Shown one piece after another: positions 1 to 12,663 of a DNA stretch of 64,000 nucleotides. The stretch comes from Patellaria atrata CBS 101060 (taxonomy: Eukaryota). The position numbers and the translations under genes are program-made. The notes below the pieces were generated by a model. That model saw nothing but the letters and a program-made list of their open reading frames with translations, made no database searches and had not been told where the DNA came from. Position 1 is the stretch's first letter, and every line of letters starts with the position of its first letter. The stretch covers positions 1-64,000 of the forward strand of contig MU006120.1 of assembly GCA_010093705.1 (NCBI GenBank), given 5' to 3'.

Positions 1-1421
1 TTTATATGCAAAGGAAAGTCAGTACGTTTAAACTCCATACACAGAAATTTGTTAGGAAACCATCTTTCTTCCTCTTTACCATCTCTTTTCTATTTCCAGT
101 TCTATGCCATACATCTTGTTATCTTCTGTAGACTCTATGCTTCTACTCTATCTATATCTCCTACGTGTATTAACCATCTTGCGGTAGAAATTTGAGTTTT
201 TGCTAAAAACTTGAATAACACCTGTTTGCCTAACTTTGTGCAAAAAAGCTTTGCCATTGTTAGCTTTGATCTTAGTTCCTTCCTCATTTCCTTACGTTCC
301 TTAGAGTAGTGTGCACAATGTAAAATAAGGTGTGTTGGTGTTTGGAGTGATTGACAGTCTCTAAAGCACTTCCCTTCTTCATCTTTCCCAATCACCTTAG
401 AGTAAGATTTGAAGAATCCAATACCAGTCTTAAGTTGAAAGTATACTGCTTGGATCTTCTTCTGAACATTGGATTTGGGTATACCGAGTGAGAAACGCAC
501 AAGATCTCTGCAAATGCATGTATAATGTTTGCCTTGTTTCTTGCTGTTGGCTTCCCAGCTTTGTTTCCAATCAGATATGATCTTTTCCTTGGCTTTCCGT
601 TTAATATAACTGAGTGATGTGAATGAAGTGCCTATAGGCTTGCGGCCTAGTCCCTTTTTAGCCAGCTTGTCTGCTATGTCATTCCCAAAGATGTTTTTAT
701 GACCGGGAACCCAGCTGAAGGTAATTCTCATTTCCCATTCATTAGTAAGGGTATTACAGAGGTCTGTTATCTTTATACTTAATTCTTGTCCTCCATCGAG
801 GGCATTCTTTTGTAGTCTCTTCAGTGCTGCCTGGCTGTCCACAAAAAGCCATAGGTTTTTGGCAATGGATTGTCCTTTCTCACGTTGGGCCTTTTCTCTT
901 TCAAGTGCTTTGAGGATGGCAAATAGCTCTGCATCCATAATCTCAACGCTATCCCCTAAATTCCAGTTGCTGGCAAACAAAATACGCCGATTATTTCCTA
1001 TCTGACATGCTCCTGCAGCATTTCTGTTGCCATCTTTAGACACATCAGTGTATTAAACACTGACTAGCCCATCTTTTATACTTGATTCTAGGTCTCTAAT
1101 TATTTTGTCATGTTGCTTTGATGCTTTTTCCTTATCCTTGCTGGAGATGATAATTAACGCCTTTAACTTTGGTCTCCAAGGTTGGGCATTATGTACGGAA
1201 ATCTTTTCCATCTTCCAGTTGGTGATAAACTCCTGAGTTCACTTCAATAAGGATAGGAGTTGAGTGTTTGGTCTTGTGATATACTTGATGGGAGTATTGC
1301 CTACTTCTGAGTCAGAGTCTAAGGTTGCTTCTAAGTCATCTCTTTCAAGCTCTTCCCAGAGAACTCTCTTAACTAGATGGTTTTTGTGGAACTTTAGAGT
1401 TATAGCTAGAGATAAGGCGAA
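1..1421 (-). mobile_element. Tad1-like LINE fragment A (RNase H, C-terminal Cys/His knuckle, 3' UTR running off the window), degenerate
   Basis: ORF 135..1043 has RNase H motifs (DAELFAI, FVDSQAAL, WVPGHKNIFGNDIADKLAK) and CxxxC...HLILHC; the frame upstream is broken; bases 1-40 are the near-exact reverse complement of 1878-1917. Confidence 0.9.
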
Positions 1422-2059
1422 CATTATACACGCATTTTCAGAGATCGTGTGCGTTTCTCACTCGGTATACCCAAATCTAATGTCCAGAAAAAGATCCAAG
1501 CAGCCTACTCTCAACTTAGGACTGGTATTGGATTCTTCAAGTCTTATTGAAGTGCTTCAGAGGCTGTCAATCACTTCAAACACCAACACACCTTATTTTA
1601 CATTGTGCAAACTACTCTAAAGAGCGTAAGGAAATGAGGAGGCAACTAAGATCAAAGCTAACAATGGTAAGGCTTTTTTGCACAAAGTTAAGCAAACAGG
1701 TAAATAAGTATATAGTAAGAACTCAAATCTCTACTGCTAGATAGCTGATGCACGCAGGAGATGTAGACAGAGTAGAAGTGTAGAGTCTATAGAAGATAAC
1801 AAGAGGTATGGCATGGAACTGAAAATAGAAAAGAGATGGTAAAGAGGAAGAAAGATGGTTTTCCAACGATTTCCTTTGTATGGAGTTCAAACGTACTGAC
1901 TTTCCTTTGCATATAAAATATCAGTGGGTTAAGCTACTGAAGACTTCACTAAGCATATAAGGGCCCTGAAAAGGGATTTATGTATATAGGGAGTTGCGCC
2001 ATAGCTTGAAGGCTGCATGCGCAGTATTGTAGATAATACAATACAATGGGAAAAAAAAA
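1414..2059 (+). mobile_element. LINE fragment B, 5'-truncated, with AATAC-repeat/poly(A) tail
   Basis: Aligns to the reverse complement of fragment A with a ~30-nt deletion; same KCFR..CQSLQTPTHLILHC peptide; ends aatacaatacaatggg-A9 at 2059. Confidence 0.9.
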
Positions 2060-3567
2060 TAGTACTGTATCAGATTAGTAACCCTGATTACGCTGATACC
2101 ACGTAAGCGAGTAGCTCGTTAGCCCTAGTCGCTGCCGGTAGAACCAATACTCTAACAGCTCCACCATCTAACACTTACTATCGGGTAAATTTGATGCTGA
2201 CTAGTGGAAATAGCGGTATGGAATGTTAGCTTGAGACGTTGTGTCAAACTGTATCAAAACAGATCTCTAACACAACATTTATCTGTGTTGTTTTATCTGT
2301 TTCCTTTGATTCATGCTCGTTGTCTTCGTTCTGTATACAAATAGTCCGCATCTCTCAGTAGTAGCAAACCAAGCGATATATTCAGTGCACCTGCAGATCC
2401 AGTTTATCTAACAGTTACCCCAACAGATGAGACTAATGGCAATGGAGGGGTTTTGTTTATGCTTAGATTACTCGATTACTGAACCAGTTTCTGATTCATC
2501 ACCCGACTTCATGTGATCAGAGTCATCTTGGTTTTTTCCATTAATATCCTCTGCTAGATGTTGGGGTTTTGCAGCTCTCATTTGCCTAGTTTGGTTGGTT
2601 AGATTTGTCAAGGTTGGGTTTGACAGTGATGTTGAATTTTCATTTCCTCTTTTTCTATCTCTTTTATTATCAATAGCACTCCTGCTTGGAGACTGTATTA
2701 TCAGCAACCTTCAGATTTGAGTTCTTTATGGATTTCTGATTTTAATAGTGGGCTTTTTGACGTTAAAGTAGTAAAAAGTTTTTTTGCGGGACTGTTCTCT
2801 CCCGTAATAGCTTTTACTAGGCCTTCTATCTCATCACTTTGGCCATCAATTGCTCCACTATTCTGAGGCTGCATTGTCTGCAACTCTCAGAACTGGTTAC
2901 GGAATAAACGTCCTGATTTGAATGGAATGCATTTCAGCTCCAATGCAGGTGATAAAATTGGTTGTGAGGTTTTTTGTCCTTCCTGGACCTTAGCTACAGG
3001 CCAGCTAAGCGCCCACAGCAATAAAGGCCTTATAAAATCCGGGTTTTCTTCTCCTCTTCTGTAAGGTGGTAATGGCATGTAAAGTGAAGAATGTGGATTG
3101 AAGTGTCCGATCCAGAGGAGACTGGAGGAGGAGAGCATATACACCCGACTGAGTGCTTAGTCAGGTGCGATATCTTCAGCTTAATCTTTCTACCCCATTG
3201 CAGTAGATAGCAATAGATGCTTCAATATCAGTTCTCTTATTTCATCTGGCAATAGTACAGTTTTGTGGGCGGCTGTGCACGGTGTGTCCCGATGCATAAC
3301 CTGGCCAAGACTTCTAAGCCTTATGGACAATAGATCCCAACGGCGACCACCAACTACACAGCCCTAAGCGCCCACCCGACCGCCAGATTGCAGCTTGCTC
3401 GATGCGTTCCGAGTTTCGGTATAAGCGTTAAGCAGTTCAAGACATATAACGCAGCTCTATGTACTTTTACAGTACTTTTTGCGTTTCCTATCTCAGCCCA
3501 ATAGTTCAATTGCATTGCGGTTAAACTAAAGAAATATTCTTTGGTTGTCAGAGATCACACTAGCAGC

Positions 3568-6500
3568 ATGATACGTCTGCTGAAACACTCAACAGAGGGC
3601 GAATTCAAGCTGATTTCTTTCAATGATAATAACCCTCCTCCATATGCCATCTTATCACACACCTGGACTGAAGGTCAAGAAGTCACTTATGATGAGCTGG
3701 TGGCTAGCACAGGCAAGGACAAGACAGGCTACACCAAAATTCGCTTCTGTGTTGGGAGAGCAGCAGCCGATGGGCTCGAGTATTCATGGGTAGATACCTG
3801 CTGCATCAACAAATCTACTAGTGATGAGCTCAGCACAGCCATCAATTCCATGTTCCGCTGGTATCAGCGTGCAAGTAAGTGCTATGTATATCTATCAGAC
3901 GTCCAGGTCCCGGATGAGGTTATTAATGCCCAGGTGTTCCGGATAACGTGGGAGGGAGCCTTTCAACGGAGTCGATGGTTCACACGAGGTTGGACGTTGC
4001 AAGAGCTTTTAGCACCAGCTACAGTTGAGTTCTTTTCTAATGAGGGCACATATCTGGGTAATAGGACATCGTTAGAGCAGGAAATTCATGATATCACTAA
4101 AATTCCTATTGGAGCATTAAGAGGACAGAGTCTCACCGAGTTTAATTTTGAGGAACGAATGAGCTGGGTAGCAAAACGCACAACAACATTAAAAGAGGAC
4201 AAAGTATATTGTTTACTGGGAATCTTCGGGGTATTTTTATCGCTTATATATGGAGAAGGAGAGGCATATGCAACCCTACGGTTGAGAGAGGAGATACAGA
4301 AGCGGGAAAAAGGGCGGGGAATAGAAAATCTTCGGAACTTAACAGGTATATTCTAGTCTAGGCCAAGTAGCATTCTTCTTTCCAAGTTACTACATAGCTA
4401 ACGATGTGTAGTCTTCACGTTATTACCTTTTCCAAGAAACGAACTTTTTGTCGGACGAGAAGACCAGCTTCAATCTCTCGAACAATTCCTCCTCTCTGAC
4501 ACTCACCGCATAACAATATACGGTCTAGGAGGTTGCGGCAAATCAGCACTTGCCCTTGAGTTTGCATATCGCGCGCTGGCCAGACACACTAGACGACTAG
4601 TTTTCTGGGTACCTGCTATTAGCCCAGAGAGCTTTGAGCTTGCATATCGAGAAATTGGAATTTGCCTCTGTATACCGGGGATTACTGAAGACAATGCAGA
4701 TATCAAGCAACTTGTTAAGAACACATTAAGCTCAGACAGCGTGGGTCCCTGGCTGATGATTATTGACAATGCTAATGACCCAGAAGTCCTCATAGATAGT
4801 ATTGATGGCGATCCACGTTCAGCTCGACTAAGCGACTATCTCCCCTACAGTCATAGGGGCAAGATCCTGTTCACAACACGAAGTAGAAAGGCAGCCAGTG
4901 ATTTAACTCAGAGTCGTGTCTTAGAGCTTAAAGATATGATGAGTAAAGCTGAAGCTAGGCAGCTGCTAGCGCAACGAATAGAAAATCAAGCGCTACTTAA
5001 TAACGAGAAGGCCGTTAGCGAATTGCTAGAGTTACTTACATATCTACCACTTGCTATCATACAAGCAGCCGCTTTTATCAGCAATAATCAAATATCAATA
5101 TCCGGATATATTACATTATTGCAACAAGCAGATACGCAGACTGAGCTCTTTAGTGAGCATTTTAAGGATCCCAGCAGGTATCGAGGGTTAGAAAGTACGA
5201 TTGCCAAAACATGGCATATCTCGTTTGATCAGATATGTAGGCAGGATCCACTTGCTAGCGTATACCTTTCATTTATGGCATGTATTGATCACATCAACAT
5301 TCCCCAGACCATGTTACCTCCCGGCGGTTCGCTGCTGCAGCAGGTTAAAGCGCTTGGAACTCTAAAGGGATATGCATTCGTCTCTGAACGCCAGCGACCC
5401 CTACATAGCTTAGAAAGCGAGAAGTTCTTTGATATGCACCAGCTTGTCCACATGGCCTCGGTATGGTGGTTGGATGAGCATGGTGGGTTGACAGCTTGGA
5501 CAGCTAAAGCGGCGGCCCGACTTGAGACGTTAATACCATATGGTGGGCATCAGAGCAAGGAAATATGGATAACATACCTCCCTCACGCAATCCACGTAGC
5601 TAGGCTAGACAGCATGCTGGACAAGAGAGTAAGAGCCTCGCTTTTAGATCGGATAGGTCGATGTCAAGCAAGTCTAGGGCAATATTCCGCCGCGGAGACG
5701 ACACACCGCCGGGTGCTTTCATTGAGAGAAAAGAATTTGGGAAAGGAATATGATCAGACACTTACAAGCATGAACGAAGTTATAGGAGCACTTGAAGGGC
5801 AGGGAAAATACGAGGACGCGGAGTTAATGAACAGGCAAATGCTCGTGCAGTGCGAGAAGGCTCTTGGGCCAGAGCATCTTTCCACACTAACTAGCATGAG
5901 TAATTTAGCGGGAGTGCTGAGCAGGCAAGGCAAGTACGAGGAAGCGGAATTGATGAACAGGAAGACACTGACGCGGTACGAGAAGGTGCTTGGGTCAGAG
6001 CATCCTTGCACGCTAACAAGCATGGGCAATTTAGCGCAAGTGCTCAACGGCCAAGGCAAGTATGAGGAGGCGGAATCGATGAACAGGAAGACGCTGGCGC
6101 GGAAAGAGAAGGTGCTTGGGCCTGAGCATCCGGACACGCTGACGAGCATGAGCAACTTGGCACTGGTTCTAGACTACAGAGGCAATTACGATGAGGCAGA
6201 ATCGGTGAACAAGCAGATGCTGGCGCGGAAAGAGAGAGTACTTGGGCCAGAGCATCCTTCCACACTGACAAGCATGGGCAACTTGGCAGTAGTACTAAAC
6301 AACCAAGGAAAGTACGAGGAGGCGGAATCGATGACCAGGCAGGCGCTGACGCGAAAAGAGAAGGTGCTTGGGCCAGAGCATCCAGATATGCTGGTGAGCA
6401 TGGGGAACTTGGCGGGAATGTTAAACAACCAAGGAAAGTACAAGGAGGGGGAATCGATAAATAGGCAGGTGCTAGCGCAGTGTGAGAAGGTGCTTGGACC

Positions 6501-6855
6501 AGAGCATCCTTATACGCTGATGAGTATGAGCAACTTGGCGGGAGTGCTTAACAGCCAAGGCAAGTATAAGGAAGCAGAACTGATGTACAGGCAAACACTG
6601 GCGCGGCATAAGAAGGTGCTTGGGCCAGAGCATCCGGACACACTGGCGAGCATGTACTCCCTTGCTTATCTACTTGCAAATCAAGATCACTATAAGGAAT
6701 CTAGTGCTTTATACAGAAGAGCATACGCTGGGTACAGCGCTGTTCTTGGGAAGGATCACCCAACTACACGCTCCTGTCACCAACACTATTTCAGGACACT
6801 TGGGCTGCAAGTTCAGGACCCTTTTATCCTTATATCGAAGAAACCAAAATTGTAA
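3568..6855 (+). CDS. Fungal NLR: HET effector domain + NB-ARC NTPase + TPR repeats (~1073 aa; intron 4346-4411)
   Basis: Exon 1 HET motifs (YAILSHTW, WVDTCCINK, AINSMFRWY, WFTRGWTLQEL); intron gtatat...gctaac...tgtag splices in frame to Walker A GLGGCGKS, Walker B WLMIIDNAND and LPLAI, then 42-aa TPR units; no stops found. Confidence 0.93.
5731..6777 (+). repeat. Coding tandem repeat, 126-nt/42-aa TPR unit, 8 full copies plus a partial
   Basis: Consensus KVLGPEHPxTLxSMxNLAxVLxxQGKYEEAExMxRQxLARxE read directly from the ORF. Confidence 0.92.
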
Positions 6856-6994
6856 ATTGTGCAGAGATCACTACTTATATATCAAACTATGAGTTATGTT
6901 GTTAACTTTATATTTAGTTCTTCTAATATCTTTCACTGTCTTCTACTAGTGATATAAAAACAGCTCAAAAAAATCCTAGATGATATTACATTAG

Positions 6995-7413
6995 TTTTTT
7001 TTTTTTTTTTTTAAATTCCATTGTATTGCATTACCTACAATACTGCGCATGCAGCCTTTAAGCTATGGCGCAACTTCCTATATACATAAATCCCTTTTCA
7101 GGGCTCTTATATGCTTAGTGAAGTCTCTAGTGGTTTAGTCCACTAATATTATTTACAAAGGAAAGTTAAGACCTCTAAACTCCATATAAAGGAAATTGTA
7201 GAAGCCTCTACTCTTTCTCATTGCCATCGGTTCTTAATTTCCAGTTCTATGCCATACATCTAGTTATCTTTTGTAGAATCTACCCTTCTACTCTATTTAC
7301 GTCTCCTGCATGCATTAGCCATCTAGCAGTAGAGATTTGAGTTCTTTCTATATATTTAGTAACACTTGTTTACCTAACTTTGTGCAAAAAAGCTTTGTCA
7401 TTGTTAGATCTGA
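6995..7413 (-). mobile_element. LINE fragment C (3' end; T18 tail on the + strand), interrupted by the gap
   Basis: T18 at 6995-7012 followed by the diverged reverse complement of the fragment B 3' region. Confidence 0.9.
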
Positions 7414-7513
7414 NNNNNNNNNNNNNNNNNNNNNNNNNNNNNNNNNNNNNNNNNNNNNNNNNNNNNNNNNNNNNNNNNNNNNNNNNNNNNNNNNNNNNNN
7501 NNNNNNNNNNNNN
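7414..7513. other. Assembly gap (100 N)
   Basis: Run of N between two inverted LINE ends. Confidence 1.
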
Positions 7514-7698
7514 AAACGTACTGACTTTCCTTTGCATATAAAATATCAGTGGGTTAAGCTACTGAAGACTTCACTAAGCATATAAGGGCCCTGAAAAGGG
7601 ATTTATGTATATAGGGAGTTGCGCCATAGCTTGAAAGCTACATGCGCAGTATCGTAGATAATACAATACAATAGAATTAAAAAAAAACAAAAAAAAAA
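7514..7698 (+). mobile_element. LINE fragment D (3' UTR + poly(A) tail)
   Basis: Nearly identical to 1889-2047; ends in aatacaatacaatagaatt plus an A-rich tail. Confidence 0.9.
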
Positions 7699-8040
7699 CT
7701 GCATCTCTCGGTATCGACAGTGTCAAAAGGGAATGCATTAAGCCTTATGTTACGGTGTTATAGATCCCAGAATATATTCAGCGCTTACTGACGAACTATG
7801 GAATACTAGACTATTTTTTAGGTGACCAGCGAATGTATATATGGGGTTGGATATTGCAAAGTCAACTCTAAGGGGTATTCAAGTGGGAAGGTTGAGGCAA
7901 GGTTGACCGGTTTATTGGAGTGACTTAAGGAAGGAACAGGTGAGCATGTCCTTGAAGCTGGGCTTACTGTAAATCAAGAGAGAGAGCGCATTGTGTAAAC
8001 ATTATACCGGATGGTGAAATTGAGGGTCACGCAAGATGGA

Positions 8041-8114
8041 TGGATATCAGATGGCTGGATATCAGATGGCTGGATATCAGATGGCTGGATATCAGATGGC
8101 TGGATATCAGATGG
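8041..8114. repeat. Minisatellite (TGGATATCAGATGGC) x5
   Basis: Four perfect 15-nt copies plus a 14/15 fifth copy. Confidence 0.97.
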
Positions 8115-8630
8115 TTGGGGACCAGGATAAGTGAGATGGTTGAGCAGGCAATACTATAAGATAGCACAGGCACCCACTCCAGATAGTTGACAATCAATGA
8201 ACACTCTTACCCTTCTATCTACTACCTTAGCTCATACCTGTGTGTATTTCATCACCGGACGCCTTCAAGTTATTGATACCAGGATATACAAAACTCACAT
8301 CAACTTCGTCTGGAACTACGCATTCTCCGTTTGTGGCTTTACAAATTCTCTCTCATTCAGATATTTCTACGTATATTCCTTTCCCAGCTTTTCATATCCC
8401 CGTTATGGACATTCCTTGTTATGGTCATTCTATCTTTCAGCACGGTTTCCTGCATATCCATGTTCAGTTCTAAGCAAAAGTTGTCATTTTTAACATTCTT
8501 CGAATCATACCGATGGCTCACAGCTCAGAACTGTTGAATAGTGCTGGAAGCATTAAAGAAACACAAACATCAACAACCTAGTTTATATCACAATTCAAAA
8601 TCGTCCAACGAACTTGACCCAATGTGGACA

Positions 8631-9910
8631 TCACACCAAAGCAACCATGCCCATCGCATTCTTTCCCACAGTCAGGAAACCCAACTGGAAGTGTTGTGCC
8701 ATCTTTCCTGTACCTTGACCTCTAGAAACGTCTAGTACTGTAACTGCCGCTTGTGTAGTGCCATCACCGGGAGAAAGTGCGTAGACGAAGTTTCCCGCAA
8801 CTCTCAAGTCGATAAGACCAGGATCACCATTTTCTGTTAGGTCCACGATATCAATAATACTCGCATCCTCAATGCTCATTTCAACAATCCGGTTCGTCCC
8901 AACGTCTGTCACGAAAGCGCTGCTTGTTGCATCCGAAACAGTAGCCCAGCATGTAGCCTTCTGACCGTCTATAGCTTGACTTGCAATCAGGGAAGCCTGG
9001 CTTTGACCGTCTGCAACGGAAAGGATAGCAGCACCAAATGAAGCATCTGTCGTGAAAAGATTGGATGTTCCGGGAATGACTGATGAACCAAAAAGCACGG
9101 CCGTACCGTCAGGTGAGCTGCGCGTTTCTTGCATGGATACCATTGCGCCGCAACCCCGACTTGCAGAAGCCACTGGGAAAGCGGACAAGAAGCCAGTGTT
9201 ATTGACTGCCGGGTCACCTTTGACCGTCGTAAAAAGCGTTGATTCGTCCGCAGAAAAGAAAGTATGGGAGACGGTGTTGGTTGGTCCAACGGGCGGTGTA
9301 CTCTGTCCAATATCGAACGGACGAAGGGAATCCATCTTACTGAGACCAGAACGCGAGAACGACGCACATGAAACTCCAGCAACTGCACCCGTAGTCGCCA
9401 CGCAAACAAGTCCATTCTTCTTAGAAGCCGCAACGGTATTTGGGAACTCTCCGGGGATTGCAACAGGCTGTCCCACCATCATGAGTCTGGTTGGGTCGCG
9501 GCGAGAGATACGCATCATGGTGAGCGTGTTGGAGCCGGCGTTGACAGCGAAAATATTCTAGGACAAGATGTTAGAACTGAAAAGGACAGTAAGTGGAGTA
9601 GTATTCAACTCACACGTCCAGCAATCGCGAGAGCAGACTGGGACACCAACGCATCTGGAGTTGCTGGCTGGTTCATCGCGTTCAGGGCGACGGAACCTGC
9701 GCCGCCCGTTGGGGTTATAGTGCCCTGCGAAAGAGTTCCATCGCGGCCGATTGGCAATGCGACAACAGCGTTTTGGACATCGTTGGTGATCAGGTAGATT
9801 GCCGTTCCCACGTTTTTGTTTGTTTGTTGATGCCGTCTTAACGGGGTAGACTCTACAGCGAGTGATAGCAGAGTCAATGTCAATAGTAAAGATTGTGATA
9901 GTAGCAACAT
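8631..9910 (-). CDS. Secreted beta-propeller protein, lactonase/3-carboxymuconate cyclase-like (~407 aa; intron 9613-9558)
   Basis: Signal peptide MLLLSQSLLLTLTLLSLAVES; intron gtgagt...ctag joins ORFs 9605..9910 and 8631..9518 in frame; motifs VNAGSNTLTM, GEFPNTVA, GQKATCW. Confidence 0.8.
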
Positions 9911-10323
9911 GATTCAAGAAATCTGGAAGTAACGGTATTTGATAGTTGTTTGAAGAGAATAGGAGCGGGATCAAAATAAAAGAATGCGAAGAAGAGAGGT
10001 GGACCAGCGACCAAGACAATGAGTTACTTTCCATTAGGGGACGAACATATCTCAACTTTATACTTTGAAGTGGAGGTTATCCGAATCCAAAGATGAAGTT
10101 TGATTATACTCCTACATTACCGGATTAGGATATATTTGATGAAAAATCAGGAGGTCGATTAAAGAGACAGTCATGAATATTTCGTACACAAAGTAGTCTC
10201 CGTACACTACGGTAGAACTATATCTTACGGAACCGAAGTTTCAGTCTACCCCTCAGTCTCATATTGGAGATGATATTGCCGCCGGGACACTTTAAACAAG
10301 TTGTATAAGGCTGGCACATTTGT

Positions 10324-10463
10324 TGACTCAACTTCGATTTCCTGTTTCGGGATGGCGCGATTCGGTACGCGGCTTACTGGTTTGGGATATGGCTCCTTAT
10401 AACGCACGTCCCTTGGAAAACCCAATCACGGTAGACTCGAAGTGTTCGAAACGAGCTTAGTCA
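10324..10463. promoter_or_regulatory. Candidate AP-1/Yap-type bZIP sites: TGACTCA (10324-10330) and TTAGTCA (10457-10463)
   Basis: Exact consensus matches in the divergent intergenic region; 7-mers, so chance occurrence is possible. Confidence 0.35.
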
Positions 10464-10779
10464 TGCTCTTCCCCCCCCTGAATTAAACCAAGACCCCCTT
10501 GGCCCATATTCGGATCTTGTTGTGCATACTGATAATTGTTGCATCACCCTGTGGAGTATATATCATATGAGTGTTGTATTGCTATCTTATTAGCAGCAGT
10601 AGACTGCGCGAAACTGTCTCTCGTACAGCTCGTGTCTTAGGCTATCAGCAATCTGTTGATGCACCCCGACGTGATAATCTTCTCAACTGCTTGATACCTT
10701 TCGTCCGCAAGTCCATCTTGAAGTTGACCAAAGGGACAAAGCGATCAGATGCATCGCTTCTCCATGAATTACGAGAAAG

Positions 10780-12148
10780 ATGAAGAAATTTTCATTCCGA
10801 CAATACCAAGGTTTGTAGCTTTTTCCTAGCACAGTTCGATTTTGCCGCATTCCGTTCCGCATACTCAAGCTATGGAAGATACATTTTTTATGACGTCCCC
10901 AAAGTCTATGTATCAACAAGCACAAATTCCTTGCACTGACCATTGATAGCGACAAAAAAGGATGGTCAACTATCCAAAGTCGGGTCAGAAGATACAAGCT
11001 CTAGACGACGGGAGCAGCTACGAAAAGCTCAGAAGTATGCTCGTATTCATCCACTCTAGTTTGACGAAACAATACTCAAGTACTCTCTAGAACTCATCGC
11101 GAGCGTAAAGAAGCCTACATCAGATTCTTAGAGAACGAAGTCCTTCAGCTACGCGCGAATGAAACCAATCTCTTTCAGAAGGCTCAGGCCTTGAACGCGG
11201 AGCTTGGTAGACTTAGGAAAATGCTGGCGGAATATGGAGTTGACATGGATCCGACGACCCAGAGCTCGCTTTTGCAGTCGAATGTTGAACCAGTACCAAG
11301 TGTAGCAGTCAGTATTAGAGCGAACATATTCGGAGGAAAACAGCTACATGTAGAAGATGCCAATTCCAATGTGCAATATCACGACTTCAGCTTCTCCCCG
11401 AGCCAGAGTAGTGTTGTGTCGTCGCCAAATTCCGGAATTCTCGATCTCCTCAGATGGGATAAGCAGCAAAGTTAGTGCCACGAACGAGTAACATAACAAT
11501 GCTAACTTAAATAGTATCACGGCAGGAAACCCATCTCCAACCTATTTACCAGCCCTTCTCCACATCGGGTTCAACAAACCTTTCTATTTGTGATTTGACC
11601 ATCACTGGAATAGAGTTCGTGTTAACGTATGTTTTCTCTTCCTAGACTCTCCGTCTTCAAAGCCGCAACTCATTAACTAACGTACATACAGCCTCGAAAG
11701 CCCATGTATGGCCCACGTCCAAGGGAATCCACACGATCATTTCAATTCTACAGGTCATAGTATTACGGTTTCATCGCAACTACTCTCGCAAGCCCCTACT
11801 CCAGTTGAAGAATTGACCCCTTCTACCACATGGGAACAGTCCAAGGTGGGTTTAGAGCGACTACTGGAGATCTCCGCACACCTTGACCTGCAAGGCGAAG
11901 TGACACCAGTGCAAGCTTGGGATTACATCAAAGCTCACCCATACTTCTGTTATGGCGAGATTGATTGTCTAAGGAAATTGACGGCCTGGCTATTGAAGGA
12001 GGCAAAATGTCATGGGTGTGTGCATTTCAGTTTAAATCAACGAAATGCACGTTTTACTGACGAGTTTTATAGTTTCGGTGTGGTGATTGATAAAACAATT
12101 CTTGAGGAAAAGACTTTCGAGGCTTTTGTTGTTGGGAAGGTGTTCTAG
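10780..12148 (+). CDS. bZIP transcription factor (AP-1/Yap-like basic region), multi-exon
   Basis: Hand splicing gives SRRREQLRKAQKTHRERKEAYIRFLENEVLQLRANE; C-terminal block LESPCMAH...TGH...LERLL...GEVTPVQAW; some internal exon boundaries are approximate. Confidence 0.85.
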
Positions 12149-12663
12149 GTTTTGCGAAGTGACCAGTGTCTTTTTACATGTACAAGTACAGTAACAGCGC
12201 TCATTTCGAAAAAAAAAAACGTGCGAAGCGCGAACTCTAATCCACCGCAGCATATCAAAGTGTTTTAAGAGCAGATCATCATCTCCAATAGCTCTAGAAG
12301 ATACCGCCGCGCGAAACCGCTTGTAACCATCAATCCCGGAAAAGAACCGCCGTCCAACAAAGTAATGGGGTTCGTCAACCATTTCAATGCTATTGAAAAC
12401 CTTGTTAGTTCTACCACTCCCTTTTCTTTTCCCCGAGGTATGAAGATATTCTCCTTTTGTGGTGACGTAGCCAGGTTCGTATACATAGCTTCCATTACTA
12501 CCTGAGATAAATGTTTATTACCCATCACGAGATTATCTACGTAGCTCATTGGGCTCTATTCGATTATCCAATAGTGACACAACAGCTAATCAATTTCTCA
12601 TTCATACCTAAAGTAGCGCCAACCAGCATTCCTCCCTCAACGACAAAGTAAATACGAATTTAT

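Noticed and set aside
5754..6443. Repetitive minus-strand ORFs
   Set aside because: Antisense shadows of the TPR array
7337..7585. 82-aa ORF
   Set aside because: Artefact spanning the N gap between LINE fragments
1..7698. Heavy RIP signature in the LINE copies
   Set aside because: Transitions are common between copies, but a 300-codon ORF survives and dinucleotide indices could not be computed
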